NCBI GenBank assembly: GCA_965656495.1
Contig: CBFHKU010000006.1
Location: forward strand, 40,184-104,183
Length of the DNA: 64,000 nt
Origin: Coraliomargaritaceae bacterium
GTDB taxonomy: Bacteria; Verrucomicrobiota; Verrucomicrobiia; Opitutales; Coraliomargaritaceae
Reading direction: 5' to 3'
Every line of letters begins with the position of its first letter. The stretch's first letter is position 1. The notes beneath the pieces are model-generated. The model saw nothing but the letters and a program-made list of their open reading frames with translations. It searched no databases and was not told the origin of the DNA. Made by a program: the position numbers and the translations under genes. Shown in pieces: positions 1-11,660 of the stretch.

Positions 1-946
1 GGGCGGTTTCGCCGGCGACGCGCGCGATGCCCATGATCGAGGAGGTTAGGATTCCCGGCAGGGCGTAGGGCAGGACATTGGTGCGGATGGAGGTCCATTT
101 GGTTGCCCCGAGCGCGAGGGAGCCTTCGCGGAAGCCGCGCGGGATGGCGCGCATGGATTCCTCGCTGGCGGCGATGATGACGGGGAGTGCCATGATCGCG
201 AGGGTAAACCAGCCCGCAATCATGGAGACGCCCCAGCCAAAGAAGAGGACGAACATACCAAAGCCGAATAGCCCGAAGACAATGGAGGGCACCCCGGAGA
301 GATTGAGAATCGAGAGGCGGATCGCCTGCAGGGTTTTGCCGGGGCGACTGTATTCGCTGAGATAGATGGCGCAGAGGAGGCCGAGGCTCAAGGCGATGGC
401 GATGGAGCCGAGCACCAGCAGGCAGGTTCCAATGATGGCGGGGCCGATTCCGCCGCCGCTGTAGGCATAGGTTTGGTGTTTAAACTGAGAAAGGTCAGGC
501 GTTTGGGCGAGGGCACGGTATTCGTCGTCGCTATACTTGAGCCGTTCCGCTTTGCGCTGGGCGTCCCATGTCTCTATTTCTGCCTGAAGTTTACTTATAT
601 CTTCGGTGTAACCGGTCCGTTGCTCGGTGTCATTGCTTCCGAGTGCCTTGCGCTTTGTTTCCAATTGCAGGATTTGGATGCGGCGTTTCTGGATTTCGTT
701 GTAAGGCTCAAGGGGCTCAAAGACATGCAGGGTTTGCGGTTTTTCGGTGAGGAACTGGGTGTTGATGAAGGGTGCCTTGCTTTGAAAGAGGGCCTTCGAA
801 CCGTTCGCGGCGATATCTATAAAGATATAGGCTGCCGCAAGGATGACGCAATAGGTCATCAAGCGGAAGAGATTTGCCACGATTACCTCGATGGTTTTCT
901 TCCGGGAGGAGCGTATTGCGAAGCGGTGTAATTTGGGTTTTGCCAT
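1..946 (-). CDS. pstA: Phosphate ABC transporter permease PstA (3' end runs off the window start)
   Basis: Hand translation from ATG at 946 ([32 protein letters not shown]...) includes [34 protein letters not shown] and [23 protein letters not shown], all typical of PstA. It lies directly downstream of pstC and is missing from the ORF track because it has no stop in the window. Confidence 0.93.
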   Translation of the reverse strand, partial: MAKPKLHRFAIRSSRKKTIEVIVANLFRLMTYCVILAAAYIFIDIAANGSKALFQSKAPFINTQFLTEKPQTLHVFEPLEPYNEIQKRRIQILQLETKRKALGSNDTEQRTGYTEDISKLQAEIETWDAQRKAERLKYSDDEYRALAQTPDLSQFKHQTYAYSGGGIGPAIIGTCLLVLGSIAIALSLGLLCAIYLSEYSRPGKTLQAIRLSILNLSGVPSIVFGLFGFGMFVLFFGWGVSMIAGWFTLAIMALPVIIAASEESMRAIPRGFREGSLALGATKWTSIRTNVLPYALPGILTSSIMGIARVAGETA

Positions 947-963
947 GCTCGATTCAAGAGGGG

Positions 964-2772
<1,809 letters not shown>

Positions 2773-2898
2773 GGGCGTGCGGTGGAGGCGCTTTGAGCCT
2801 TTGGGAATGATTTCATAGCCGGATGGTTTCGGTCGTCGGGTTTGCGTTGGAGAATCCGTTTAAAGGATATGCATGTCTTCGCGCCTCAAGCCAAGCAA

Positions 2899-2934
2899 AC
2901 AAGCGGCGCAGAATTGAATTTATGCGCCGCTTGT
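2899..2934 (-). terminator. Intercistronic hairpin between pstS and pstC (attenuator or mRNA stabiliser)
   Basis: ACAAGCGGCGCA (2899-2910) pairs with TGCGCCGCTTGT (2923-2934), a perfect 12-bp stem. Confidence 0.6.
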
Positions 2935-2952
2935 CGTGGGAAAGGTTTTTGT

Positions 2953-3783
2953 TTAGTAAATTGGGAGAAAGTGCACCTGGCTCACAATAGCCTGACCTTC
3001 GGGGCTCATGGTGAAGCCGATAAAGTCATTGGCATTGGCGCTCAGGGCAGCATTGCCGTCGATCAGATAATAGAGTGGGCGAGCCAAGGGGTAATCTGAC
3101 GCGTCGGGGTTGATGCCTTCGACCGGCAGAACTTTAATGCCGGGGGTATTGATGTAGGCGAGACCCACATAACCAATTCCATAGGGGTTTTTGGCTACTT
3201 CCGACGCGATCTGCTCATTGCCCGCCATTTTTTGGGTTTCTGGACCGTAGTCGCGGGAATGCATGCCCATCTTTTGGAAGACCGCGTAGGTTCCGGAGGA
3301 AGTATTGCGGGTGTAGGCGGAGATCGTGCCGGCCTCCATCGAGATTGCGGACCAGTCCGTTACGTCACCGGAAAAGATCAGCTCGATTTCTTCGAGGCTA
3401 ATGGATTCAAGAGGGTTGGCCTCATTCACAATGATAGCGATACCGTCTTTGCCCACCGTCAAGGCTTTCATATCGACGCCCTTCGTTTTGGCTTGGGCGA
3501 TTTCCTTTTCCTTGGGATCGCGGGAGGACATGCCGATTTCTGCGGTTGCATCAATGACGGAGGCGACCCCGGTAGAGGAACCCTCGGCGGCGATTTCAAA
3601 GGCGATTTCGCGTCCCTGCGCCTTGAGCTTGGCTTTGAATGCCTCTGCCAGTTGCGGCACCATCTTGGCGCCCAAAGTGTCGGAACCTTTTATGACGAGA
3701 TTCTCCATAGCGGGGAGCGAGCCCGCAGTTAGAAAGGCTAATGCGATAAGTTTGAACTTATTCATGACAGTGCTGGTTTTCAT
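2953..3783 (-). CDS. pstS: Phosphate ABC transporter substrate-binding protein PstS
   Basis: Signal peptide, KGSDT, GSSTG, GMSSR, RNTSSGT, IGYVG and YPLARPLY motifs. Confidence 0.95.
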   Translation of the reverse strand: MKTSTVMNKFKLIALAFLTAGSLPAMENLVIKGSDTLGAKMVPQLAEAFKAKLKAQGREIAFEIAAEGSSTGVASVIDATAEIGMSSRDPKEKEIAQAKTKGVDMKALTVGKDGIAIIVNEANPLESISLEEIELIFSGDVTDWSAISMEAGTISAYTRNTSSGTYAVFQKMGMHSRDYGPETQKMAGNEQIASEVAKNPYGIGYVGLAYINTPGIKVLPVEGINPDASDYPLARPLYYLIDGNAALSANANDFIGFTMSPEGQAIVSQVHFLPIY

Positions 3784-3878
3784 TTCTATTTTTATTGTGA
3801 TTGTGTCAGGTGACGGGTTGATGGCAGCAGTATCAGGTAATGCCCATAAAATAGTTTTAGAATGTTGGGTTATTGTGG

Positions 3879-3892
3879 CTTTTTTGTTACAG
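3879..3892 (-). promoter_or_regulatory. Pho-box-like site upstream of pstS
   Basis: Minus strand reads CTGTAACAAAAAAG, identical to the plus-strand copy at 4142-4155; resembles the CTGTCA(T/C) + A/T-rich Pho-box unit. Confidence 0.65.
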
Positions 3893-4141
3893 TAAGGTGA
3901 AGTTTGCCGAATTTAACCCCTGATAATTTTCCAATTTGCCCCAAATTTAGAACTAAAAATGGGGTAGCGCATCGATTTGCCGCGAAACTATCACGACGCT
4001 GAAAAAAGACGGTAAGCTTCATATGAAGTTTTGCCACATGAGCTGATTGGGATCATGATTCATTCAATATGTTTAAGAAAATAGCATGAATTGGCGATAT
4101 AACGCATTTTAATGTTACGAAAAAGGCGCTAATTAACGTTT

Positions 4142-4171
4142 CTGTAACAAAAAAGAGCACTTATTTGTCAC
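4142..4171 (+). promoter_or_regulatory. Pho-box-like site upstream of the porin
   Basis: CTGTAACAAAAAAG at 4142-4155 followed by TTGTCAC at 4165-4171. Confidence 0.65.
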
Positions 4172-4227
4172 AATCTAGGGTTAAATGTTGAATTGCTGCG
4201 AGCCGCAGCAGCTAACCACCATCAACT

Positions 4228-5406
4228 ATGAAACAAATAATACATATAATCTTTGGCATAATGACTTTTACATTGGCGTCTTATGCCTCAAGCAATGATG
4301 CCCTCCTTGAGCTACTTGTTAAGAAAGGAGTCCTCACCGATCAGGAGGCCGGTGCCGTCCGCGAGGAGCTACGGGCCGAAAAGGCTTTTGTGGTCAAGGC
4401 GAAGGGCAAGGAAACCGTGGAGCTTGTTTTCAGCGGTCGTTTGCAGGGGCAATTCGATAGCCTCTCTATGACCGGCAAGCCCGGAACCTCGCACTTCTAT
4501 TTCCGCCGGCTATTTTTTGGTGCCAAAGCCAACCTTCAGAACGGCTTCTTCGCGGAGGCGGTGCTCGACCTCGCCCGCGACGGTGACGCCGGCGGTGATT
4601 ACGGCGTTAATCTCGATAAAGCAGTCGCGGGGTACAAGTTGCATCCCGCGCTCACCGGAATCATCGGTTACCAGAAAGTGCCCTTTGGTTTTGAGGAAAC
4701 GGCGTCCTCCGCCAAGATTCCCACCATCGAGCGCTCCGTCGCTAATCGTTTCTTTGCCGATGATATTGATTTCTCGGCCCGCCACGCGGGTTTTCACTTT
4801 AAGGGTGATTTGGGCGCGGGTATGAGCTACGCTGCCGCAGTGGTGAATGCCGCTCAAGGCGAGGGATCCCGCTTGCTGGGTAGCGCTGAGACCTGCAACG
4901 ACCTCGCCGCATTCGGGCGCCTCCAATGGATGGGGGATGGCTTAACACTTGGGGTTGACGGCGGCTTTCAACCGAATAACGCCAAGCTTAGTCCGGTCAG
5001 CAATGCCGTAAAAGCGGTCACGGGCTACGTGAATTACAAGGCTCAGGGTTGGAACTTATTAGGCGAATATTTCTATGGTGACATGGAGGAAGCCGGCGAT
5101 GCCAAGGGCTATGCCCTACGCGCCTCCTATCGCAATGGAAAGTTCGAGCCCGTGATCCGCTACTCCCATCTCGAAAATTCCAAATTCCAAATCGACAGCG
5201 ACGAGTTGATCCGCCGTGCCCCGAAAGGCGGTACCCTCAGCGGTGAGGATAACTCCATCGATTCATACTACGCGGGCCTCAACTATCACCATAACGAGGC
5301 CGTCCAGATCATGCTGGGGTATGAGAACGCCACCGCCCAAAACGATTCCAATACTCCGGATGTCGATATCGACGGTTTCCGTGCCCGCGTGCAAGTCCTT
5401 TGGTAG
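4228..5406 (+). CDS. Phosphate-selective porin (OprO/OprP-like)
   Basis: Signal peptide, N-terminal LLELLVKKGVLT motif, SGRLQ, FRRLFFG, GYQKVPFGFEE, IERS and terminal aromatic residue (W); divergent from pstS. Confidence 0.8.
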   Translation: MKQIIHIIFGIMTFTLASYASSNDALLELLVKKGVLTDQEAGAVREELRAEKAFVVKAKGKETVELVFSGRLQGQFDSLSMTGKPGTSHFYFRRLFFGAKANLQNGFFAEAVLDLARDGDAGGDYGVNLDKAVAGYKLHPALTGIIGYQKVPFGFEETASSAKIPTIERSVANRFFADDIDFSARHAGFHFKGDLGAGMSYAAAVVNAAQGEGSRLLGSAETCNDLAAFGRLQWMGDGLTLGVDGGFQPNNAKLSPVSNAVKAVTGYVNYKAQGWNLLGEYFYGDMEEAGDAKGYALRASYRNGKFEPVIRYSHLENSKFQIDSDELIRRAPKGGTLSGEDNSIDSYYAGLNYHHNEAVQIMLGYENATAQNDSNTPDVDIDGFRARVQVLW

Positions 5407-5439
5407 TTCATAATAAATAGGATAAAACGACAAAACCCG

Positions 5440-5472
5440 GCCCGGAGCATCCTGGATGCTCCGGGCTTTTTT
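5440..5472 (+). terminator. Rho-independent terminator after the porin
   Basis: GCCCGGAGCATC-CTG-GATGCTCCGGGC followed by TTTTTT. Confidence 0.85.
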
Positions 5473-5591
5473 GTGCCCCCACGCCGTGATTTGCACCCAT
5501 TGCCCGAAATTTGTCCGCCCCGGCATCAATTCATGCTTGGCGTAGCCGCTAAAGTTGCTATCGCTTAATTTTTCACCCCTAGCTACTACAA

Positions 5592-6704
<1,113 letters not shown>

Positions 6705-6769
6705 TCCCGCCAGACCCGCTACACACTCCGGGCTTGCTTTTTAAGTCCCTAAGGCTCAGGGTTTTCAGC

Positions 6770-7161
<392 letters not shown>

Positions 7162-7170
7162 ACCTTTTTT

Positions 7171-7428
7171 AACGCAGAGCGCCGGAGGATATGTCTATTT
7201 GAAACGCAGAGAAGCGGAGGAGCTGAGGGGGATTTTTTATTATGAAACGCAGAGAAGCGGAGGAATGGAGGATGGTCTTTTGATTGAAACGCAGAGAAGC
7301 GGAGGAGCTGAGGAGTGGGGATTATATTTGGGCAGAGAGGACTGGAATTTGAAAGAAGATTACCATCCTCAGCTCCTCCGCTTCTCTGCGTTTCATTTAA
7401 TATCAACTCCCCCGCTCCTCTGCGTTTA
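7171..7428. repeat. Cluster of REP-like direct and inverted repeats
   Basis: TGAAACGCAGAGAAGCGGAGGAGCTGAGG at 7200-7228 and 7285-7313, partial copies near 7171 and 7243, a perfect inverted copy at 7367-7395 and a degenerate inverted copy at about 7411-7428. Confidence 0.9.
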
Positions 7429-7501
7429 ACATAATCCCGCAGATATGCGCTTGACAGCCCGCCTTCCAGACGGCTTTTTCTTCCGTTCAACTTTAAAACT
7501 T

Positions 7502-7759
7502 ATGGCTAATTCCAAATCAGCTCAAAAATACATTCGCAAGACCGAGACCCGCACGCTTCAGAACCGTCAGGTCAAGAGTCGCCTCAAGACCCTTTCCAAG
7601 AAAGTGTCCACTGCTGCCGAATCCGGTGACAAGGACGCCCTTGCGGAAGCGACCAAAGGTTATATTTCCGCCTTGGACAAAGCTGGAAAAACCGGTCTGG
7701 TGCACGCCAATAAAATTGCCCGTCACAAGGCACGTTGCGCGAATCTCACCTCTGCCTAG
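7502..7759 (+). CDS. rpsT: 30S ribosomal protein S20
   Basis: MANSKSAQKYIRK...LDKAGKTGLVHANKIARHKAR; start set at ATG 7502. Confidence 0.97.
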   Translation: MANSKSAQKYIRKTETRTLQNRQVKSRLKTLSKKVSTAAESGDKDALAEATKGYISALDKAGKTGLVHANKIARHKARCANLTSA

Positions 7760-7793
7760 CCGAGCCATTGTTGGTCGCGACGGTAACGCCACT

Positions 7794-7828
7794 GCCCTCG
7801 GATTCGCTTGCCGAACCGGGGCTTTTTT
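7794..7828 (+). terminator. Probable terminator after rpsT
   Basis: Imperfect GC-rich stem GCCCTCGG...CCGGGGC followed by TTTTTT. Confidence 0.6.
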
Positions 7829-7845
7829 GTAGCTCTAAATAAACC

Positions 7846-8658
7846 TTGAATGCGACCCCCGATAATTCCTCCGCCCACGCGGCTCTGGGTTTCCCGCCAC
7901 CCTTCCTCGGGCCGGAGCCCTTTCGCCTGCCCATCCTGGCTTGCACGGATGATTGGCTTGCCCTTGCCAAACCCGCCGGGGTCGCGATGCGCGAGCACCC
8001 CTGGAGCCTCGACTTCCCCAACCTCGACCACGCCCTCAATGAACAACTCAAAAACGAGAAACCCGAACTCTTGCGGCTGGGGGCGACCTGCTTCGGTTCG
8101 ATCCACGCCCTCGATCCTGAAATCAGCGGGGTGGCGCTCTTCGGCTTGAACCGTCCCGCCATCGCCCGCCTTCGCGAGCAATACGGTGACGGGCGAATCG
8201 AAACCCGCATCCATTTCGTCGCCCGCGAGGACGGGGGTGCCGAGACCCGCTTAATAGATGCACCCCTCTTGCCGCACAACACCAAGCCCAAGATGATTCC
8301 CTCCACCGCCAAGGGCAAAAAATGCGCCACCCATTTCACCCGTCTCGCCAACGCAGGAGCATGGAGTCTTTGGGAGGCCCGCGCAGGATTTTCGCGTCCG
8401 CATCAGGTGCGTGCCCACGCCGCCCTCGCAGGTGTCCCCATCATGGGCGACAGCCTGTATGCGGGGCCATCCAGCCCCAGTCCCACTGAGCTGGGCCTCG
8501 AACGCCGCCGTAATGGCGCCGCCACCAAGCCCCTCTTTCAAGGACTCGCCGCACACCTGCATACCCTCCAGCTCACCTCGGATCAAACGCCCATTGCCGC
8601 CCCCCGCCCGCGGCGACTCGATACCTGCCTCCGCCGCCTCGGACTTCAAGCCGATTGA
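7846..8658 (+). CDS. RluA-family RNA pseudouridine synthase (divergent)
   Basis: AKPAG, IHALDPEISGV (HRLD-type motif), RPHQVRAH and PIMGDSLY. Confidence 0.8.
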   Translation: MNATPDNSSAHAALGFPPPFLGPEPFRLPILACTDDWLALAKPAGVAMREHPWSLDFPNLDHALNEQLKNEKPELLRLGATCFGSIHALDPEISGVALFGLNRPAIARLREQYGDGRIETRIHFVAREDGGAETRLIDAPLLPHNTKPKMIPSTAKGKKCATHFTRLANAGAWSLWEARAGFSRPHQVRAHAALAGVPIMGDSLYAGPSSPSPTELGLERRRNGAATKPLFQGLAAHLHTLQLTSDQTPIAAPRPRRLDTCLRRLGLQAD

Positions 8659-8739
8659 ATTAAGCCTTAAAAAAGCTTTACAAAGCGCACGCAATATGAG
8701 TTGTTTGAGGTTTTCCGCAAAATCACCGCAATTTTAAAC

Positions 8740-8835
8740 ATGGGTAACCTTAAAAAGAAACGCCGTCTCAAGATGAACAATCACAAGCGCCGCAAGCGCT
8801 TGAAATCCAACCGCCACAAAAAGCGCACCTGGTAG
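8740..8835 (+). CDS. 31-aa basic peptide, AURKAIP1/COX24 (bS22/mS38)-like small ribosomal protein
   Basis: Hand translation [31 protein letters not shown]; matches the MGS..KKRR.KM.KHK.RK.L pattern and is followed by its own terminator. Confidence 0.85.
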   Translation: MGNLKKKRRLKMNNHKRRKRLKSNRHKKRTW

Positions 8836-8880
8836 TGTTCTGATTCCGGCACCCGCTTGGCGGGACGTCGATATACTTTC

Positions 8881-8911
8881 AAAGACCCGGCCCTCAAGGC
8901 CGGGTCTTTTT
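8881..8911 (+). terminator. Rho-independent terminator
   Basis: AAAGACCCGGCC-CTCAA-GGCCGGGTCTTTTT. Confidence 0.85.
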
Positions 8912-9062
8912 CGTGCCCAAACCCCCAAGAAAAATACGTATAAATCCGATAATTTACATAATAAACATACATGCCCACAATATAAATATAAGCATTGACT
9001 TTTATTTAAATAATTAGAATTTAGCAATATGCCTTATTCTGGCTGAACTATAAATCCAAATT

Positions 9063-9829
9063 ATGAATATGAAATTACACACCAAAATCATTTCGTTGTT
9101 GCTCGTCGCTGGTCTCGCCAGTGCCGGCGCTCAATCGACTGGTAGTTCTGCCAGCGATTACTATGTAAAGGGCTCTTTCGGTATTGCCGACCCACAGGAA
9201 AAGGGACTCCTTGAGAGCCTTGGTGGGAAAAAATTGGGAGCACTCAGGCCTACTCCTTTGAAGTAGGAGCCTTCTTAAGCGAAAACCTGAGTTTTGGCTT
9301 TGAGTATTCTTTTTTTAATACCGATGCGAACTTAGGGGGAATGATAACTGCCCCGGTGTTGGCTAATCCTGATTTTGCTGAATTAGTAGATGGGCTCAAC
9401 GCCGCACTCAACAGCATGGGCTATGGCGACTGGGTTCCGGGGCCTATTTTGTTTAAAGAAAAACTTGATGTGGATCGTTTTATGTTTGTCTTCAACTATG
9501 ATTATAAGCTCAGCTCGGATTTCACTCTCTTTTTTAACGGGGGTCTTGGTGTTCTGAATGCTGAGCATACACTATATATTAACCTGAAGACAGAGGGAGC
9601 TGCTGGTGCCCCCCCCGTGGACGCCTCTAGCAAATCAAAGTCGGATGAGACTGTTTTTGCTTACCAGCTTGGCGCAGGGCTTGGGTATCATTTTACCGAA
9701 ACGGTGAGTCTTTATGGTCAGGTCCGTTATCTCGCATCCATGGATATCGACTTCAATCACGATGGGTACAAATATGATGCCAAGGGCTCGGCTATAGCCT
9801 ACGAGCTTGGTCTGCAATACCGCTTCTAA
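9063..9829 (+). pseudogene. Outer-membrane beta-barrel protein split by a frameshift in an A6 tract (9228-9233)
   Basis: ORF 9063-9266 has a signal peptide and YYVKGSFG. The -1 frame is open from 9233 (IGSTQAYSFEVGAFLSENLSFGFEYSFF...) into ORF 9341-9829, which has FAYQLGAGLGY and ends GLQYRF. Confidence 0.8.
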
Positions 9830-9862
9830 GGCGCTTTCGTGTTAGTTTGCGCTTTTATTAAG

Positions 9863-9891
9863 GGCGTGGTGCTTCGGTGCCACGCCTTTTT
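9863..9891. terminator. Terminator between convergent genes
   Basis: GGCGTGG...CCACGCC stem followed by TTTTT. Confidence 0.65.
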
Positions 9892-9902
9892 ATTATTCAT
9901 TG

Positions 9903-10544
9903 TTAGGGGCGCTTCCGGAGGATCGCGAGGGCGAGCGCTGCGCCTCCAAAGAGGAGGGCGTACGTCTCCGGCTCAGGGATGACCGTTACGCGAAAGTAGC
10001 GCCAAAGAATGTGCTGATCGACCGCATCCGGGTCATTGCCAACATCAGGGTAGTTCGGGTTTATGGAGGTCAGAGTGAGGTCGGTGTTGGCCGCTACTTC
10101 AAAGCGGTTCGTGAAATGGTAGTCGCCCACTGTGTTCGTGCTTTCCGTTGTGGTGCTCGTGCCGTCGCTCAGGCGAATCTGCTCGTCGCCATCAAAGGGT
10201 GTAGAGACGGTGCTGATGGTATAGCTCTCGAGGCGTATGCGTTTATTAAACCGGAAGGTCATGGTAAATCCATCGGTCTCTTCCAGAACCCCGAGGCCAA
10301 CAGGTCCTTCCTGAGGATTTGCATTTATAAAAAATCCGACATCAGCCTCTTGATCTCCGCTATTCTCCCAGGGGTCATTGGTGTTCATATCCATTGTAAG
10401 GCCACTCACAGTGTCGGTGAATTGGTGGCTGGTGGCGCCATTTGTTATCTGGGACAGATCAAAACTCACAAGCATGCTTTGAGCCACAGACTCCAAACCA
10501 CCCAGCAATGCCAAAACTCCAAAGGGAAGACCATAAAATTTCAT
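9903..10544 (-). CDS. PEP-CTERM sorting domain protein
   Basis: Signal peptide from MKFYG (ATG 10544); C-terminus VIPEPETYALLFGGAALALAILRKRP. Confidence 0.9.
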   Translation of the reverse strand: MKFYGLPFGVLALLGGLESVAQSMLVSFDLSQITNGATSHQFTDTVSGLTMDMNTNDPWENSGDQEADVGFFINANPQEGPVGLGVLEETDGFTMTFRFNKRIRLESYTISTVSTPFDGDEQIRLSDGTSTTTESTNTVGDYHFTNRFEVAANTDLTLTSINPNYPDVGNDPDAVDQHILWRYFRVTVIPEPETYALLFGGAALALAILRKRP

Positions 10545-10668
10545 ATTATGTATAAAATACTTAATTAAAAAAATATAAACATTTAAATATAAAATTTTAT
10601 TTTTTAAACCCAGCTTACCCTTCAACGAGTTAAGAGTGTCCTTTCATTAACAGGAGAGGGGGCTTAGA

Positions 10669-10904
10669 AACGCGGTGTTTTGTGGATTAACGCGGAGGAG
10701 CGGAGGGGCGGATGTGTTCTGGAACGCGGTGTTTTGTGGATTAACGCGGAGGAGCGGAGGGGCGGAGGGGCGGATGTGTTCTGGAACGCGGTGTTTTGTG
10801 GATTAACGCGGAGGAGCAGAGGAGCGGAGGGGGCGATTGTGTTCTGGAACGCGGTGTTTTGTGGATTAACGCGGAGGAGCGGAGGAGCGGAGGGGCGGAG
10901 GAGG
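10669..10904. repeat. Four-copy tandem array with nested 8-nt subrepeats
   Basis: AACGCGGTGTTTTGTGGATTAACGCGGAGGAGC starts at 10669, 10723, 10785 and 10848 (periods 54, 62, 63); length differences come mainly from the number of GCGGAGG(A/G) units. Confidence 0.92.
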
Positions 10905-10964
10905 CCTACATTTTCGTGAGATTCGTTTGATTCGTAGTTTCCTGCTTTTGAGTTGCTCGCAGTT

Positions 10965-11660
10965 TCAGAGCGGCGTTTCTGGATAGGGCAGAAAGTCTGT
11001 TACGGCGCGGAGTTGCGCTTCCATTTGGTCGGCGCGGCGTAGTTGTAGATCATCGGGATGAATTGAGATGCGGAGTGGTTTACCGGAACTCTGGGCGGTG
11101 CGTGCCTGCATGGCGTTCCAGCATTTAAGAAAGGTCGCGCGAAAGGCGGTATCGGCCTCGTAACCGGTGAGGGGGAGGGTTTGGAAAAAGGGATCGCTCG
11201 GTGGAAAGATGAGCCCGCGGGTGGTTTCAATGCAGGCATAAGGGGAGTCTTTTAAACGCGTGGCGGGGATTGCGCCGAGCGCCCAGGCGGGTGGCACGTA
11301 GAGATGGGGAGCGGGGAGGCCGTTCTGGGGGAACCAATCATAGGCGCGGCGGAGGAGTGCCTGGATTCCGGTGGCGTCGAGCGCGAGGTGTTCGGCGACG
11401 TTGCGGGAAAGGAGGGCGGCATGGAGGCGGTGGAAAAGGCGGCGGGGGCGGGTGTGGTGATGCCAACCGTGGGCTGCGAGGGGATGGCCTAGGTTTGAAA
11501 GTTCGCGGAGGCGTTCGAGTTCTGAGGGCTGCCAGTCTTTTCCGGGGACCACGAGGAGGGTAACGGGTGGTACGCCGAGGTCGGCGAGCCATTTGAGCAG
11601 GGTCTCGACTCGCTCCATTGTTTCCGGCATGCAGTCGTGAATCGAAACGAGTGCTTTCAT
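10965..11660 (-). CDS. DUF2334 / polysaccharide deacetylase-like protein
   Basis: MKALVSIHDC, LLVVPG, AHGWHH, VPPAW and RISIHPDD; ATG overlaps the GT4 stop (ATGA). Confidence 0.8.
   Translation of the reverse strand: MKALVSIHDCMPETMERVETLLKWLADLGVPPVTLLVVPGKDWQPSELERLRELSNLGHPLAAHGWHHHTRPRRLFHRLHAALLSRNVAEHLALDATGIQALLRRAYDWFPQNGLPAPHLYVPPAWALGAIPATRLKDSPYACIETTRGLIFPPSDPFFQTLPLTGYEADTAFRATFLKCWNAMQARTAQSSGKPLRISIHPDDLQLRRADQMEAQLRAVTDFLPYPETPL

Noticed and set aside
7171..7428. Possible mini-CRISPR or coding ORFs (7199-7429, 6954-7490)
   Set aside because: Spacing is irregular and copies are inverted; the ORFs are just translations of the repeats and of rnpB antisense.
9225..9235. Programmed -1 frameshift at GGGAAAAAA
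   Set aside because: The G_GGA_AAA heptamer is not in the reading phase of the upstream ORF and no clear stimulatory hairpin was seen; an indel is simpler.
10669..10904. Possible CRISPR array (33-nt constant unit, about 60-nt period)
   Set aside because: The intervening sequences are near-identical G-rich subrepeats rather than unique spacers, and there are no cas genes in the window.
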